From: a virus
Lineage: Duplodnaviria > Caudoviricetes
IMG/VR virus record: IMGVR_UViG_3300028635_000004
Coordinates: 1-64,000 of that record
Reading direction: 5' to 3' (one strand)
DNA: 64,000 bases
In this document: positions 49,422 through 58,218 of the stretch, piece after piece
Position numbering within the stretch: position 1 is the first letter of the stretch
Layout: each line of letters starts with the position of its first letter
Translations under genes and position numbers: made by a program
Notes under the pieces: generated by a model
What the model was told of the DNA's origin: nothing
The model's input: the letters and a program-made list of their open reading frames with translations, nothing else
Databases searched by the model: none

Positions 49422-51407
49422 TTATTTAATGGTACATACATCATTAGTACAGTACAATTCAGGTTCAGCTTTGTCTGTTATTTTATCAAATTTAAGCAAC
49501 TCCGGTTTAATTGTACTTATCATTTCTAAATATTCCTTTTCTGATATCTTTTCATATGGCATTTGTGGATAAACTTTGGTATCCGCTTTTGGTAAGAAAC
49601 TGATAAGTTTAAGTTGGTATTGATAATAATCTAAAGCTGTTTTAATTTGGTCTTTCTCCCAAGGTTTAAATGTTACTGTAGAGGATACTTGGTTATCAGC
49701 CCAATATTTTTGTAGAAATGCTGTAACGGCCAATTGCTCCCATATATTAGTATCGTCTATAGTTTTACAATTTTTAACTTCAACTGGTATTTCTACTACC
49801 ATAGTATTGTCAGGATCATTTACATCCTTAACTACATTGTAGTTAGCAACTTTAATATCTTTTAATAGTGAAGAATTAACTGAAAACCTAATACGTCTAA
49901 TGTAATATGTACTTTCTGGAAAGTGTACACCAGGTGTCACACCTGCTAATAAACTAACAGTACCAGATGGTTTAATAGATGTTACCCTAATAGATCTTGG
50001 TACACATAACCAATCTGAATAGATTTGGTCATACTTTTTAATAACATCATAGCCAGTAGTAAGCCACTTACGTAGTTCTTCAAGTCCGCGTATGCCTATA
50101 AATTGTGCTACCCCGCTTATAGATGTACCTATACGCCTATTCCTCATCTGTACCCTATTAGTTTCAGCCCAATGACTTTTACCTAATGTTACAGTTTTAG
50201 CAAATAAATAGGCATATTTTAATGTTTTTAAGAAGTCGTCTAAATTGTCATGCCTAGTAGGAAATGTTTCTACTAAACAACACATTTCATATGACTCTAA
50301 TGGTTGCTCACCACATGGATTAGTACCTTCAGCTCTATTGTCTGTAGTATCAATGATACCATTCATACGTGCATAATTATGAGTATTGTGAATCCAAAAG
50401 AAGCCTGGTTCACCATTAACAGCTACTTGTTCTGCTAATTCTGCATAATCATCACCAATTTCTGTAAACACAGTATTATTTGAAGTCCAACCCCATTCTG
50501 AACGTTTAGCGTTTGAACCATAATATCTGTAGTCTATAGAATCCCAATAATAGTCTTTTAACTTAAGGAATTCTTCAGTAGGTTCGCCTAATGCTATTTG
50601 AGCAGACCTACGCACATTACCTGCTACTACACAACAACCAATTTGATTCATTATATCAGTTATATCGGTTGCTGTAATCCTTTCACCTATACGTTTACTA
50701 AGCGTTTCATTAATTTGTTCATGTAACCTTTTTAATGGTTCAGGTCCTGATGATTTACCACCAAATGTTTTAATTGGTTCACCTTTTGCCCTTAATAAAC
50801 TATAGTCAAATATTGGTTTTGAAGAACCTATAAAATAAGCTTCTAATAGAAACTTAACTGATTCTACCCAACCTTCCCTTGTATCAGGTATAATATGTTT
50901 AAATTCACCTTTGGGTTTACGTATTGTTAATTGACCAGCACCTTTAACATCAAAGCCTACACCACAACCTAACATTGACATGTCCATCATATATTCAAAC
51001 GGTTTAGTAAGCTCTTTACCTAAATCTTTTGTAGATACAAATGAACATGCATTAAGTGCAGCATATAAGCCTTTTTTGTATATGGCGTCTGTACCCATAA
51101 CCCAAAGTGACCTACCACTTGGTAGGAATTTCATATTGAAGATTCTATCATACATCTCTTGTGCTTGAAGTTGAGCTTTCTCTTCGTCCCAGCCAAGATT
51201 GTATTCAGTAATATGAGCTTTTTGCATAGAGAATGAACCTTCTACTACCCTACGCACTACTTCATACCACTGTTCATTAATACCATCGTCTTTTTGACGG
51301 GAGTATGTCCTATAAAATGTAATTTTGCCTAAGCCATTAAACCCAAAGTCTGGATCTAATGATTTATATCGTTTAATAAAATTATCAGATAATTCAAAGT
51401 TTTTCAT
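49422..51407 (-). CDS. nrdJ: Class II (adenosylcobalamin-dependent) ribonucleotide reductase, monomeric RTPR type
   Basis: RTYSR, PSGR, GNVRRSA, TNPCGEQ, KPSGTVS and C-terminal CTNDVC. Confidence 0.92.
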   Translation of the reverse strand: MKNFELSDNFIKRYKSLDPDFGFNGLGKITFYRTYSRQKDDGINEQWYEVVRRVVEGSFSMQKAHITEYNLGWDEEKAQLQAQEMYDRIFNMKFLPSGRSLWVMGTDAIYKKGLYAALNACSFVSTKDLGKELTKPFEYMMDMSMLGCGVGFDVKGAGQLTIRKPKGEFKHIIPDTREGWVESVKFLLEAYFIGSSKPIFDYSLLRAKGEPIKTFGGKSSGPEPLKRLHEQINETLSKRIGERITATDITDIMNQIGCCVVAGNVRRSAQIALGEPTEEFLKLKDYYWDSIDYRYYGSNAKRSEWGWTSNNTVFTEIGDDYAELAEQVAVNGEPGFFWIHNTHNYARMNGIIDTTDNRAEGTNPCGEQPLESYEMCCLVETFPTRHDNLDDFLKTLKYAYLFAKTVTLGKSHWAETNRVQMRNRRIGTSISGVAQFIGIRGLEELRKWLTTGYDVIKKYDQIYSDWLCVPRSIRVTSIKPSGTVSLLAGVTPGVHFPESTYYIRRIRFSVNSSLLKDIKVANYNVVKDVNDPDNTMVVEIPVEVKNCKTIDDTNIWEQLAVTAFLQKYWADNQVSSTVTFKPWEKDQIKTALDYYQYQLKLISFLPKADTKVYPQMPYEKISEKEYLEMISTIKPELLKFDKITDKAEPELYCTNDVCTIK

Positions 51408-51423
51408 AAATGTAAATAAAAAT

Positions 51424-51517
51424 AGCAGGCTACTTAATATTATTATGAGCTTAATAACAACCTCGATACAATCAGGGGCTCAAAGTCCTTTATCTCGGTT
51501 ACATTAAATAGCCTGCT
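51424..51517 (-). promoter_or_regulatory. Structured leader upstream of nrdJ
   Basis: AGCAGGCTA/TAGCCTGCT stem extended to 17 bp with G-U pairs; internal arms. Confidence 0.55.
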
Positions 51518-51524
51518 TATACAA

Positions 51525-52091
51525 TTATTTAAGATTTTTCAAGTCTTCGAAACCTTCGAGTACTTTTACCTTAACTTCGACATGATTATTAAAATCTGAT
51601 AACTTCGTTTTAATGTCAGCTATGAGTTTTTCTGTCTCAGTAATTTCTGCTTTAATTTCTGTTAGACGTTTTTCAATATTTCGCTTACTAGTAAGTTTCT
51701 TATTGAGTTTATGACCAGGATTACTGCGTTTAGTGTCCTTTTCACCGACTTTCTCTTCGAGGTCGATGTAATTCTCACCTTTACGCTCTAAGTCCCTTAA
51801 AGAGGCTAATTTCCTGTTTAAAGCAGATAATTTGTATATGTAGTAATTGTTTGTATTTCCGTCCGAATGAGTATTGTTTGTGTTAGCTTGCTGAATAGCA
51901 AGTTTAACCTCAACAAGTTGCTCATCAATTGTGGTTATAGTGTCGTCTATATCCTTAATTTTTCGAACATCATAATCCTTAGTAAATAATAAATTATACT
52001 TTTTCTGGATGTTCATACGAATTAGGATTTCCAGATCGACCTTTGCTTCAATTAGTTTTTCAAGTTTTATTGTCTTTTCTGCAAATTTCAT
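51525..52091 (-). CDS. Helical coiled-coil protein resembling the DIP1984/DUF6847 family
   Basis: MKFAE...KLAIQQAN...KLSDFN.HVEV pattern recalled for this family. Confidence 0.45.
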   Translation of the reverse strand: MKFAEKTIKLEKLIEAKVDLEILIRMNIQKKYNLLFTKDYDVRKIKDIDDTITTIDEQLVEVKLAIQQANTNNTHSDGNTNNYYIYKLSALNRKLASLRDLERKGENYIDLEEKVGEKDTKRSNPGHKLNKKLTSKRNIEKRLTEIKAEITETEKLIADIKTKLSDFNNHVEVKVKVLEGFEDLKNLK

Positions 52092-52131
52092 AATAGTTGA
52101 TTTATGTTGATAGAGTGCCTGTATTCCCTAA

Positions 52132-52776
52132 TTAACTTACTCCAAATAAGTAATCATTTACCTCTTTTAATTGATACATTTTATGTGCAAATTCATTACC
52201 TGTATTAGCACCTATGAATTTAAGCGGATTAATTGCAGAATTATTACGCCTTAATTCAAAGTGGAGATGACAAGATTTGCCCCAAACGAGGCCAGTTTGA
52301 CCACCAAGGCCAATAACATCCCCAAAATGTACATAATCTCCTTCTTTGACTTTTATGTCATTTAAATGTGCGTATAGCGTACTATACTCATCATTGTGTT
52401 TAATGATTATGTTGTTACCATAACCAATTTTGGAGTACTCAACTCTTATTACTTGACCAGAACCAGAAGCCATAATTGGCTCATTTTTTTCTACAATTAC
52501 ATCTATACCTTTATGTAATAATACTACACGTAATATAGGATGTAATCTGTAGCCATATTTACTTGATAATTTGAAATCAACTGTTGTGTCAATTTCAATA
52601 AAAGGATATAATGGAATGTTTGATATACCAATATGATTGATGTCTAGTTCTTTACTAATGCTTACCACTTTTTCTAACTTTATAGTATTTTCTATTCTTT
52701 CTTTGTCCAAAATTGGAGCAAAACTAGTTAATGTTGAGAATAAGAACATACTTAAAGTTATAAGAAGTTTCTTCAT
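52132..52776 (-). CDS. Exported M23 family peptidase
   Basis: N-terminal signal/TM; HKGID, YAHL and HLHFE. Confidence 0.88.
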   Translation of the reverse strand: MKKLLITLSMFLFSTLTSFAPILDKERIENTIKLEKVVSISKELDINHIGISNIPLYPFIEIDTTVDFKLSSKYGYRLHPILRVVLLHKGIDVIVEKNEPIMASGSGQVIRVEYSKIGYGNNIIIKHNDEYSTLYAHLNDIKVKEGDYVHFGDVIGLGGQTGLVWGKSCHLHFELRRNNSAINPLKFIGANTGNEFAHKMYQLKEVNDYLFGVS

Positions 52777-52972
52777 AACTAAAGATTTCGTTCATATTTG
52801 CATATCTCTTAAGCCGATATGCTAACCTCGCTAACACTTGATTGAGTCGGCTTATATTGTACGCTATAATTAAGATAAGGTTACTATGTTATTAGTAAAA
52901 TATCGAAATTATGGTACTCAAAAATAAGGTAAATGGTAGCCATAAAAGACTACCACTTACCTATTTTGTGTG

Positions 52973-53539
52973 CTATGCTGCACTGAGTAACCCTAGTGCA
53001 ACCCTATTCGGGGGAGACCTTAAAAATGAAATCTCCCTGAGTATAGCGTTTTTAATAATAACTTCAACTCTGTCTGTTGAATCAACAACTAAATTCTTGG
53101 CAGAATCAAGTACTTCTATAATACTAAGTACTAAAGAAGCGTGTTTATCCCTTACATAACCATAAATTTTGTTGATATAGTATTCAACATATAAGGGTTC
53201 TTTAATAGCACCCTTACGTAATAACTCCCTTAATGAAATATTATTAGCTTTAACAGAGGATAAGTTATATCGTTTCGCTACAGTATCCGCATATAAGTAA
53301 TCTATTCTGTCTTTGATAGAATTACTTTCAACACTCGATGTGTCCATAATTGACAATGCAATGTCAATATCAATTTTCATTGGTTTAAATATATATTGTA
53401 ACAAGTTTGTACCAAGCATTAGTTTACCTGATTTATTCACTCCCACATATTTAAACTTAAAGAAAACTGCTGAACATTTTACGATTTCTTTGAGCTTCTT
53501 TTTATAAAGCTTGGATAAAGCGAAAGCGTCCCTTATCAT
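52973..53539 (-). CDS. Hypothetical protein (188 aa)
   Basis: ORF track; co-oriented. Confidence 0.55.
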   Translation of the reverse strand: MIRDAFALSKLYKKKLKEIVKCSAVFFKFKYVGVNKSGKLMLGTNLLQYIFKPMKIDIDIALSIMDTSSVESNSIKDRIDYLYADTVAKRYNLSSVKANNISLRELLRKGAIKEPLYVEYYINKIYGYVRDKHASLVLSIIEVLDSAKNLVVDSTDRVEVIIKNAILREISFLRSPPNRVALGLLSAA

Positions 53540-53548
53540 GATAGATTA

Positions 53549-54115
53549 TCATAAAAGTTTTTGCAATTGATGTAAGACGGCTGCATCAGAGTTGAATAAA
53601 CCCTGTAAGCCCACAAATAATACAAATGATGTAGCCAGTGCTAATATTAAACCAATAATTATAAATAATGTAGCATGTGTTGCGTCTATATGTCTTATCC
53701 GCAGTACTTTTGCCCATAAATAGAATAATAATAGCAAAGGAATCACTATTGCTACAGCTTTATTTGTATTACTTCGTCGCACAGCAGTACTTATATCGTC
53801 CTTTGTCATACCAAAATTTGATGTAATATAAGATATCTTCGCATCACTCTCCTTATAGACTACATTATCTATTTTATTGTCCAATAAGGCAATGCGAGAC
53901 ATTATACCATCATATTCTGTTTTACTTGAGGTTTTTAGTTCATTTATTTGAGTGTAAATAGAACTAACATCCTGAATAGGTAATTTGACATCTGTGGCTT
54001 TAACTTCAATGTTAAGCCTTAAAGTGTCATCTGGCGCTCGTTTTACTGTCTCTTGTGCAGTTAGTGTAAAGAGTGGTAATACGAGTAATGTTAAAAGAAC
54101 TAATAATTTCTTCAT
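53549..54115 (-). CDS. Membrane protein: signal peptide, periplasmic domain, two TM helices
   Basis: MKKLLVLLTLLVLPLFTLTA signal peptide and two C-terminal hydrophobic segments. Confidence 0.65.
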   Translation of the reverse strand: MKKLLVLLTLLVLPLFTLTAQETVKRAPDDTLRLNIEVKATDVKLPIQDVSSIYTQINELKTSSKTEYDGIMSRIALLDNKIDNVVYKESDAKISYITSNFGMTKDDISTAVRRSNTNKAVAIVIPLLLLFYLWAKVLRIRHIDATHATLFIIIGLILALATSFVLFVGLQGLFNSDAAVLHQLQKLL

Positions 54116-54552
54116 TAGTATAACTCTTCTTTAAGTTGACCCCTGAGGAATTCAACAAGATTAGTATATGAATGAAGAATTTTCTCAGCATTAGCAACCT
54201 TATCTTCCATAAAGCTACGCCAGTCAATGTGAGCCTTTTCTTTGTCAACATATACCTTTTCAAAGATACTTACTTCTCCTTCAGGTACACTAAGGTCAAT
54301 GTCATGTTCGCCATTGATGCGAAGAGTTTTACCATCTGCAAGTACATTCATATCAGTTATAAACACTGATACTATTACTGCAAAACCAGTAACATCAATA
54401 TTGTTGATAACTCTTCCTTCAGCAACGCCTTCTTCAGCGTCTTCGAGTTTAATCATATAAGCATCTGTGAACATGTTCGGAATACGCTCACGAACATTCA
54501 TTGCTGAGAAATCAATTTCTAAGCCTTTTGCAGTTGATTTTGATTTAGCCAT
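54115..54552 (-). CDS. Hypothetical acidic protein (145 aa)
   Basis: ORF track; stop abuts the next start. Confidence 0.6.
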   Translation of the reverse strand: MAKSKSTAKGLEIDFSAMNVRERIPNMFTDAYMIKLEDAEEGVAEGRVINNIDVTGFAVIVSVFITDMNVLADGKTLRINGEHDIDLSVPEGEVSIFEKVYVDKEKAHIDWRSFMEDKVANAEKILHSYTNLVEFLRGQLKEELY

Positions 54553-54556
54553 TTTT

Positions 54557-55015
54557 TTAGTGTTTTTGATTCATACTAAAAGATTTATTTGTTTGCAAGT
54601 TTTTCTTTAGTAATTTGGACTCAAATGGAATATAACAAACCTTGATTGTCTCAGACCTGGTCGTGTCTTTGTATATTAATACACTTGTTTTCCCAGTAGG
54701 ACTGTCAAATTTGTCATAATCTTTTATAAGTAATAGCCACATGTTTACTAAGATGGGATGCTTGCCCCAATAGATTTTAGGTAACCTGTCTATTTTCTTT
54801 GGCCATAGGCTTTTATATGGTCGTAGAAATGTACAAGTACCTATGTAGATTTTCAATAAGGTTATGTTCCACTTATTAAATAGGGTTATATAAGATATTT
54901 TATATACCTTATATGAATTTTTTATTCCACCAACGTTTGAATCTTTAATTAATTTACCACCTTTTATTATCGGTACACAACTTCGTGTTAACTCAAAATA
55001 ATAATATGTTTTCAT
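54557..55015 (-). CDS. Hypothetical basic protein
   Basis: ORF track; probable start MKTYYY at 55015 after an A-rich leader. Confidence 0.5.
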   Translation of the reverse strand: MKTYYYFELTRSCVPIIKGGKLIKDSNVGGIKNSYKVYKISYITLFNKWNITLLKIYIGTCTFLRPYKSLWPKKIDRLPKIYWGKHPILVNMWLLLIKDYDKFDSPTGKTSVLIYKDTTRSETIKVCYIPFESKLLKKNLQTNKSFSMNQKH

Positions 55016-56368
55016 TTTAGTGTGGTTATTAATTAAAAAAAGTAGAGACATAAACAATCGGAGAATGCAAACTCATCTTCAGACAAGTAAATCACACTTA
55101 CTTCTCCTCTGTTGCTTTTAAGCAATAATTAAATTGCTCATTATGGTCTTGCTTATGCACTCTACACTATTAATTGGTAGTTAAAGCACTTATTATGCTA
55201 GCCTACCATAGCGTAGAATGTGTCCTTTTAATGAACATACAATAACTGTTGTAGATTGACATATTCCTATGCCATTCGATGCTCGGCCTCCATACTATTA
55301 TATACATTTATAAATATAGAATAACTTTAACGTCGTTATCACTAACACCCGTGTTCCAATTTTCACATTGGCAGCTACTACTAGACGGATCAATATTCAC
55401 TTGTTAACCCTACTTTGCTCATGTCAACTGTAGACATGAGCCTAACAGTTTTCACACTAGCTTATTAGGTAAGTGATGGTTCACCTAATAGATTTCGCAC
55501 TCCTATATAATAAAGAAATAATAATACTTCAACGGTTGCGTGTCTGAGTACGCACCAACTCAGTCTGGCTTGTTTAATATATTCACCGTCACTTGCTGTA
55601 ATATACCGCTATTTTACGTCAGTGTATTATCTGTGCAGTCTAACATAATTAAGCTACAATATTAAACCCAATAAACCGCTATATACTATGGTTCAACATT
55701 AATTAATACCTATAATCCACGCCATTTGCAACTGTCGCTTTATAGGCATCGGGCCCCTTTGCACTCCCTTGGATACAATCTGTTGATTGGTAGGATTCAA
55801 ACCTACGTAGCTCCCGCAGAGCACCCGATTTACTATTAATTCGTTGTAGTATATAACTTATCGACATATCGCTAATTAATTCCTTTCGTCAGAAAGGGGT
55901 TAGGATCTTAGCTTTTTATCAACCCAAATTTGTCTACTGGTAGTCGTCCCAACTTATATTAACGTATAGTTGGCAAATACGGTACCTTTAGGTTTTGATA
56001 ACCCGTGCTCTCATTACTAGTACAATACTCATAAGAGATTCGTCAGTAGCTTTAGAGACTTAAATTTTTCACTGGGAATCCCACCCTGTCGCTACGTGTT
56101 TGGTTGTTAATAAAGTGAATGTGGGCAAGGCTATTGCGTTTAGTCAACATCATATTGACATCAGCACAGCATGGGCACATCGTCTGAGATAGTTGCGGCT
56201 ATCTACGCCTATAAAATTATGAGTAGTATAGACTATTTGATGTGTTTGTTCAGTGCGTCACACAATTGTAACACGCTAATATTTCTCAGCAGATCCTCAG
56301 TCACATTTGACCTCCCTTGCCATCGCAATGCGCAGTTGCTAATATTAAGCGCCACTTTATCGTCTCCA
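55016..56368 (-). ncRNA. Candidate large structured non-coding RNA region (one long RNA or several)
   Basis: About 1.35 kb with no credible ORF in an otherwise gene-dense genome; many stems, with G-U pairs favouring the - strand; tRNA-like module; H-type pseudoknot; ends in a stem plus U7. Confidence 0.55.
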
Positions 56369-57853
56369 CTATTGGTTCAAAAATTCTACTTTGTATAGAA
56401 AGTTTTTGTCCAAAAGACCCCAACGGTTATATTTGAGTGCCGTTGCTGGGATTTGACCAACAGATGTTATTTGAACTTCTTCGGGTAACATTTCTTGGTT
56501 CACCCTTTTAATTTGTCCCTTCATGATTTTATCAAAGAAGAGATAATTAATTCTATTTGCATCAAGGATGGCTTCGTCTACGTCTAATGCCAAGAAGTAC
56601 TTACCTTGCCACCATATTAATGCACAATCCTTAATAAAAGGAAATGAATTAAATATTGATTCAATGTATGCTGGACATACACCATTGGAGAAAGCATAAC
56701 CTACATACTTTGCATAATTACCGTGTGGGGTAAATAATACATGAGTATGTATAGACCTTATAGAATCATCATCTCTATACATCAACATAAGTTCAGATGT
56801 TTCATCAGAAGCTGTGATTTTATTATCAGATAGTAGAAGATGTTTTCTCTTACTTTGTGTCATGGACACTGACAATGTATGCAAATCGGGCAGCATAGAA
56901 ATGTAGCCTGGTTTCTTGCACAGACCAAAAAACATTAGAAACTGTTGTTCCCTATGCACATTGTAAATAGTTGAGTGTCTTAATTTTTCTGATATCTCTG
57001 CCAAGAGAGAGTCTGTTATTAGACCCAACACAATTATGTGCTTAAATGATTTAAAATATCTTTCAAACTTCCTAATAATTAATCGTATAATAATCCTACC
57101 TAAATACTTATGGAAAAACCATTTAAATAATAGTTTATTCTGAAGTGTATCTGATAGAATCTCTCTCCATACAGCACGATATTCTTCATATGGGATATAT
57201 AATACCCTATCGTTTTCAAGCTTAAATTTCTCCCCATGCATAATTTCGTATCTTTTATTTATGTTATAAGGGGTTATGCCATGACGTAGTAATACTAAAT
57301 AATATATGAAGTATTCATCTGTAAGATTGTAGAAACAATGAACTTTGTTTAGTAACTTCTCCCTGCCAAGAGATGATTCAAGATGTCTAAACGCAATAGC
57401 AAAATTAAGTTGATTAGTAGCAACTTTTCGCATTATATCTGAGTATAAAATCATCATGAACGATGGTGAAATATCAAATATATCTGCATTAGCATTTGGT
57501 TCAATTTCAAGAATAGTGTTAAATTCTGTAATTTTTGCAAAAATGCTGTCACTCTTAATACTAATTTTACTATCTGTTATGATATAAGGTTTGTGAATTT
57601 CAGTAAGATGCGATATTATCTCTATCTTTGTCATATTTGTAGGTATAACGTAAAATGTTTTACCCCTTATCATGAGAGCCAGTCTCATAAGGATATTATA
57701 TCTCACGTCTTCTATAAATATGATTGGAGAATATGGATATGCAACATCTCTGTCTAAAGTGTTTATAAATTTTAAACACTTAATTAACTGAATTTTATAC
57801 CACGATGGTAAAGATTTTATCAGCTCGCGTATCAAAGTAAAATAAACTCCCAT
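56369..57853 (-). CDS. Highly diverged long-chain acyl-CoA synthetase (ANL/AMP-binding) homologue, probably inactive
   Basis: The C-terminus (YIESIFNSFPFIKDCALI...RVNQEMLP...) and central region follow the layout I recall for Bacteroidota FadD-like enzymes, but the YTSGTTG and GYGxTE motifs are absent. Confidence 0.55.
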   Translation of the reverse strand: MGVYFTLIRELIKSLPSWYKIQLIKCLKFINTLDRDVAYPYSPIIFIEDVRYNILMRLALMIRGKTFYVIPTNMTKIEIISHLTEIHKPYIITDSKISIKSDSIFAKITEFNTILEIEPNANADIFDISPSFMMILYSDIMRKVATNQLNFAIAFRHLESSLGREKLLNKVHCFYNLTDEYFIYYLVLLRHGITPYNINKRYEIMHGEKFKLENDRVLYIPYEEYRAVWREILSDTLQNKLLFKWFFHKYLGRIIIRLIIRKFERYFKSFKHIIVLGLITDSLLAEISEKLRHSTIYNVHREQQFLMFFGLCKKPGYISMLPDLHTLSVSMTQSKRKHLLLSDNKITASDETSELMLMYRDDDSIRSIHTHVLFTPHGNYAKYVGYAFSNGVCPAYIESIFNSFPFIKDCALIWWQGKYFLALDVDEAILDANRINYLFFDKIMKGQIKRVNQEMLPEEVQITSVGQIPATALKYNRWGLLDKNFLYKVEFLNQ

Positions 57854-57854
57854 A

Positions 57855-58217
57855 TTATTTGATTTTTGCAAGCATCTTACCACCTAAACTTAATTGTTTG
57901 ACTGAAAAGTCTAACCAATTTTGGTGTATTGTAATAGCATAATACCTTGTTTTGTCACTTTTTTCTGTAACAGTACTACAAACAAGTTTGAGATTTTCTT
58001 CAATTTCATCTCCTAAGAAAATGTAGAAGAATGCATCTTTCTTTGAGAAATCGTCAATGTAGTCAATGAGTTTAAAAGCAGTATCGGTAATTTTCTTTGC
58101 CACAGAATATGTACCTACTACTGTTTCTGCATACTCAAGACTCATTGCTTTAAGTTTGAACAAATACTTAATTAAGTCTTTGTCAACTTCTGGTAAACCA
58201 GCGTTCAATATTGCCAT
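57855..58217 (-). CDS. Hypothetical protein (120 aa)
   Basis: ORF track; abuts neighbours. Confidence 0.6.
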   Translation of the reverse strand: MAILNAGLPEVDKDLIKYLFKLKAMSLEYAETVVGTYSVAKKITDTAFKLIDYIDDFSKKDAFFYIFLGDEIEENLKLVCSTVTEKSDKTRYYAITIHQNWLDFSVKQLSLGGKMLAKIK

Positions 58218-58218
58218 T

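Noticed and set aside
51424-51517. Canonical cobalamin riboswitch before nrdJ
   Set aside because: The element is short and lacks the conserved AGGGAA, GCCACTG and B12-box sequences; kept only as an unclassified structured leader.
40485-55035. 13-bp direct repeat TAATTAATAACCA at 40485-40497 and 55023-55035
   Set aside because: AT-rich, only two copies, in different positions relative to the structured elements; compatible with chance or ordinary A-rich initiation regions.
55885-56050. CTGACGA sequences suggesting hammerhead ribozyme cores (near 55887 and 56041)
   Set aside because: One is the loop of a simple CCTTTC/GAAAGG hairpin and the other lacks a correctly placed GAAA and stems I/III.
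55781-56368. tmRNA or RNase P RNA as the identity of the non-coding region
   Set aside because: No GGGG-type 5' acceptor with G3-U70, no CCA end or tag reading frame, and no RNase P P4 consensus were found.
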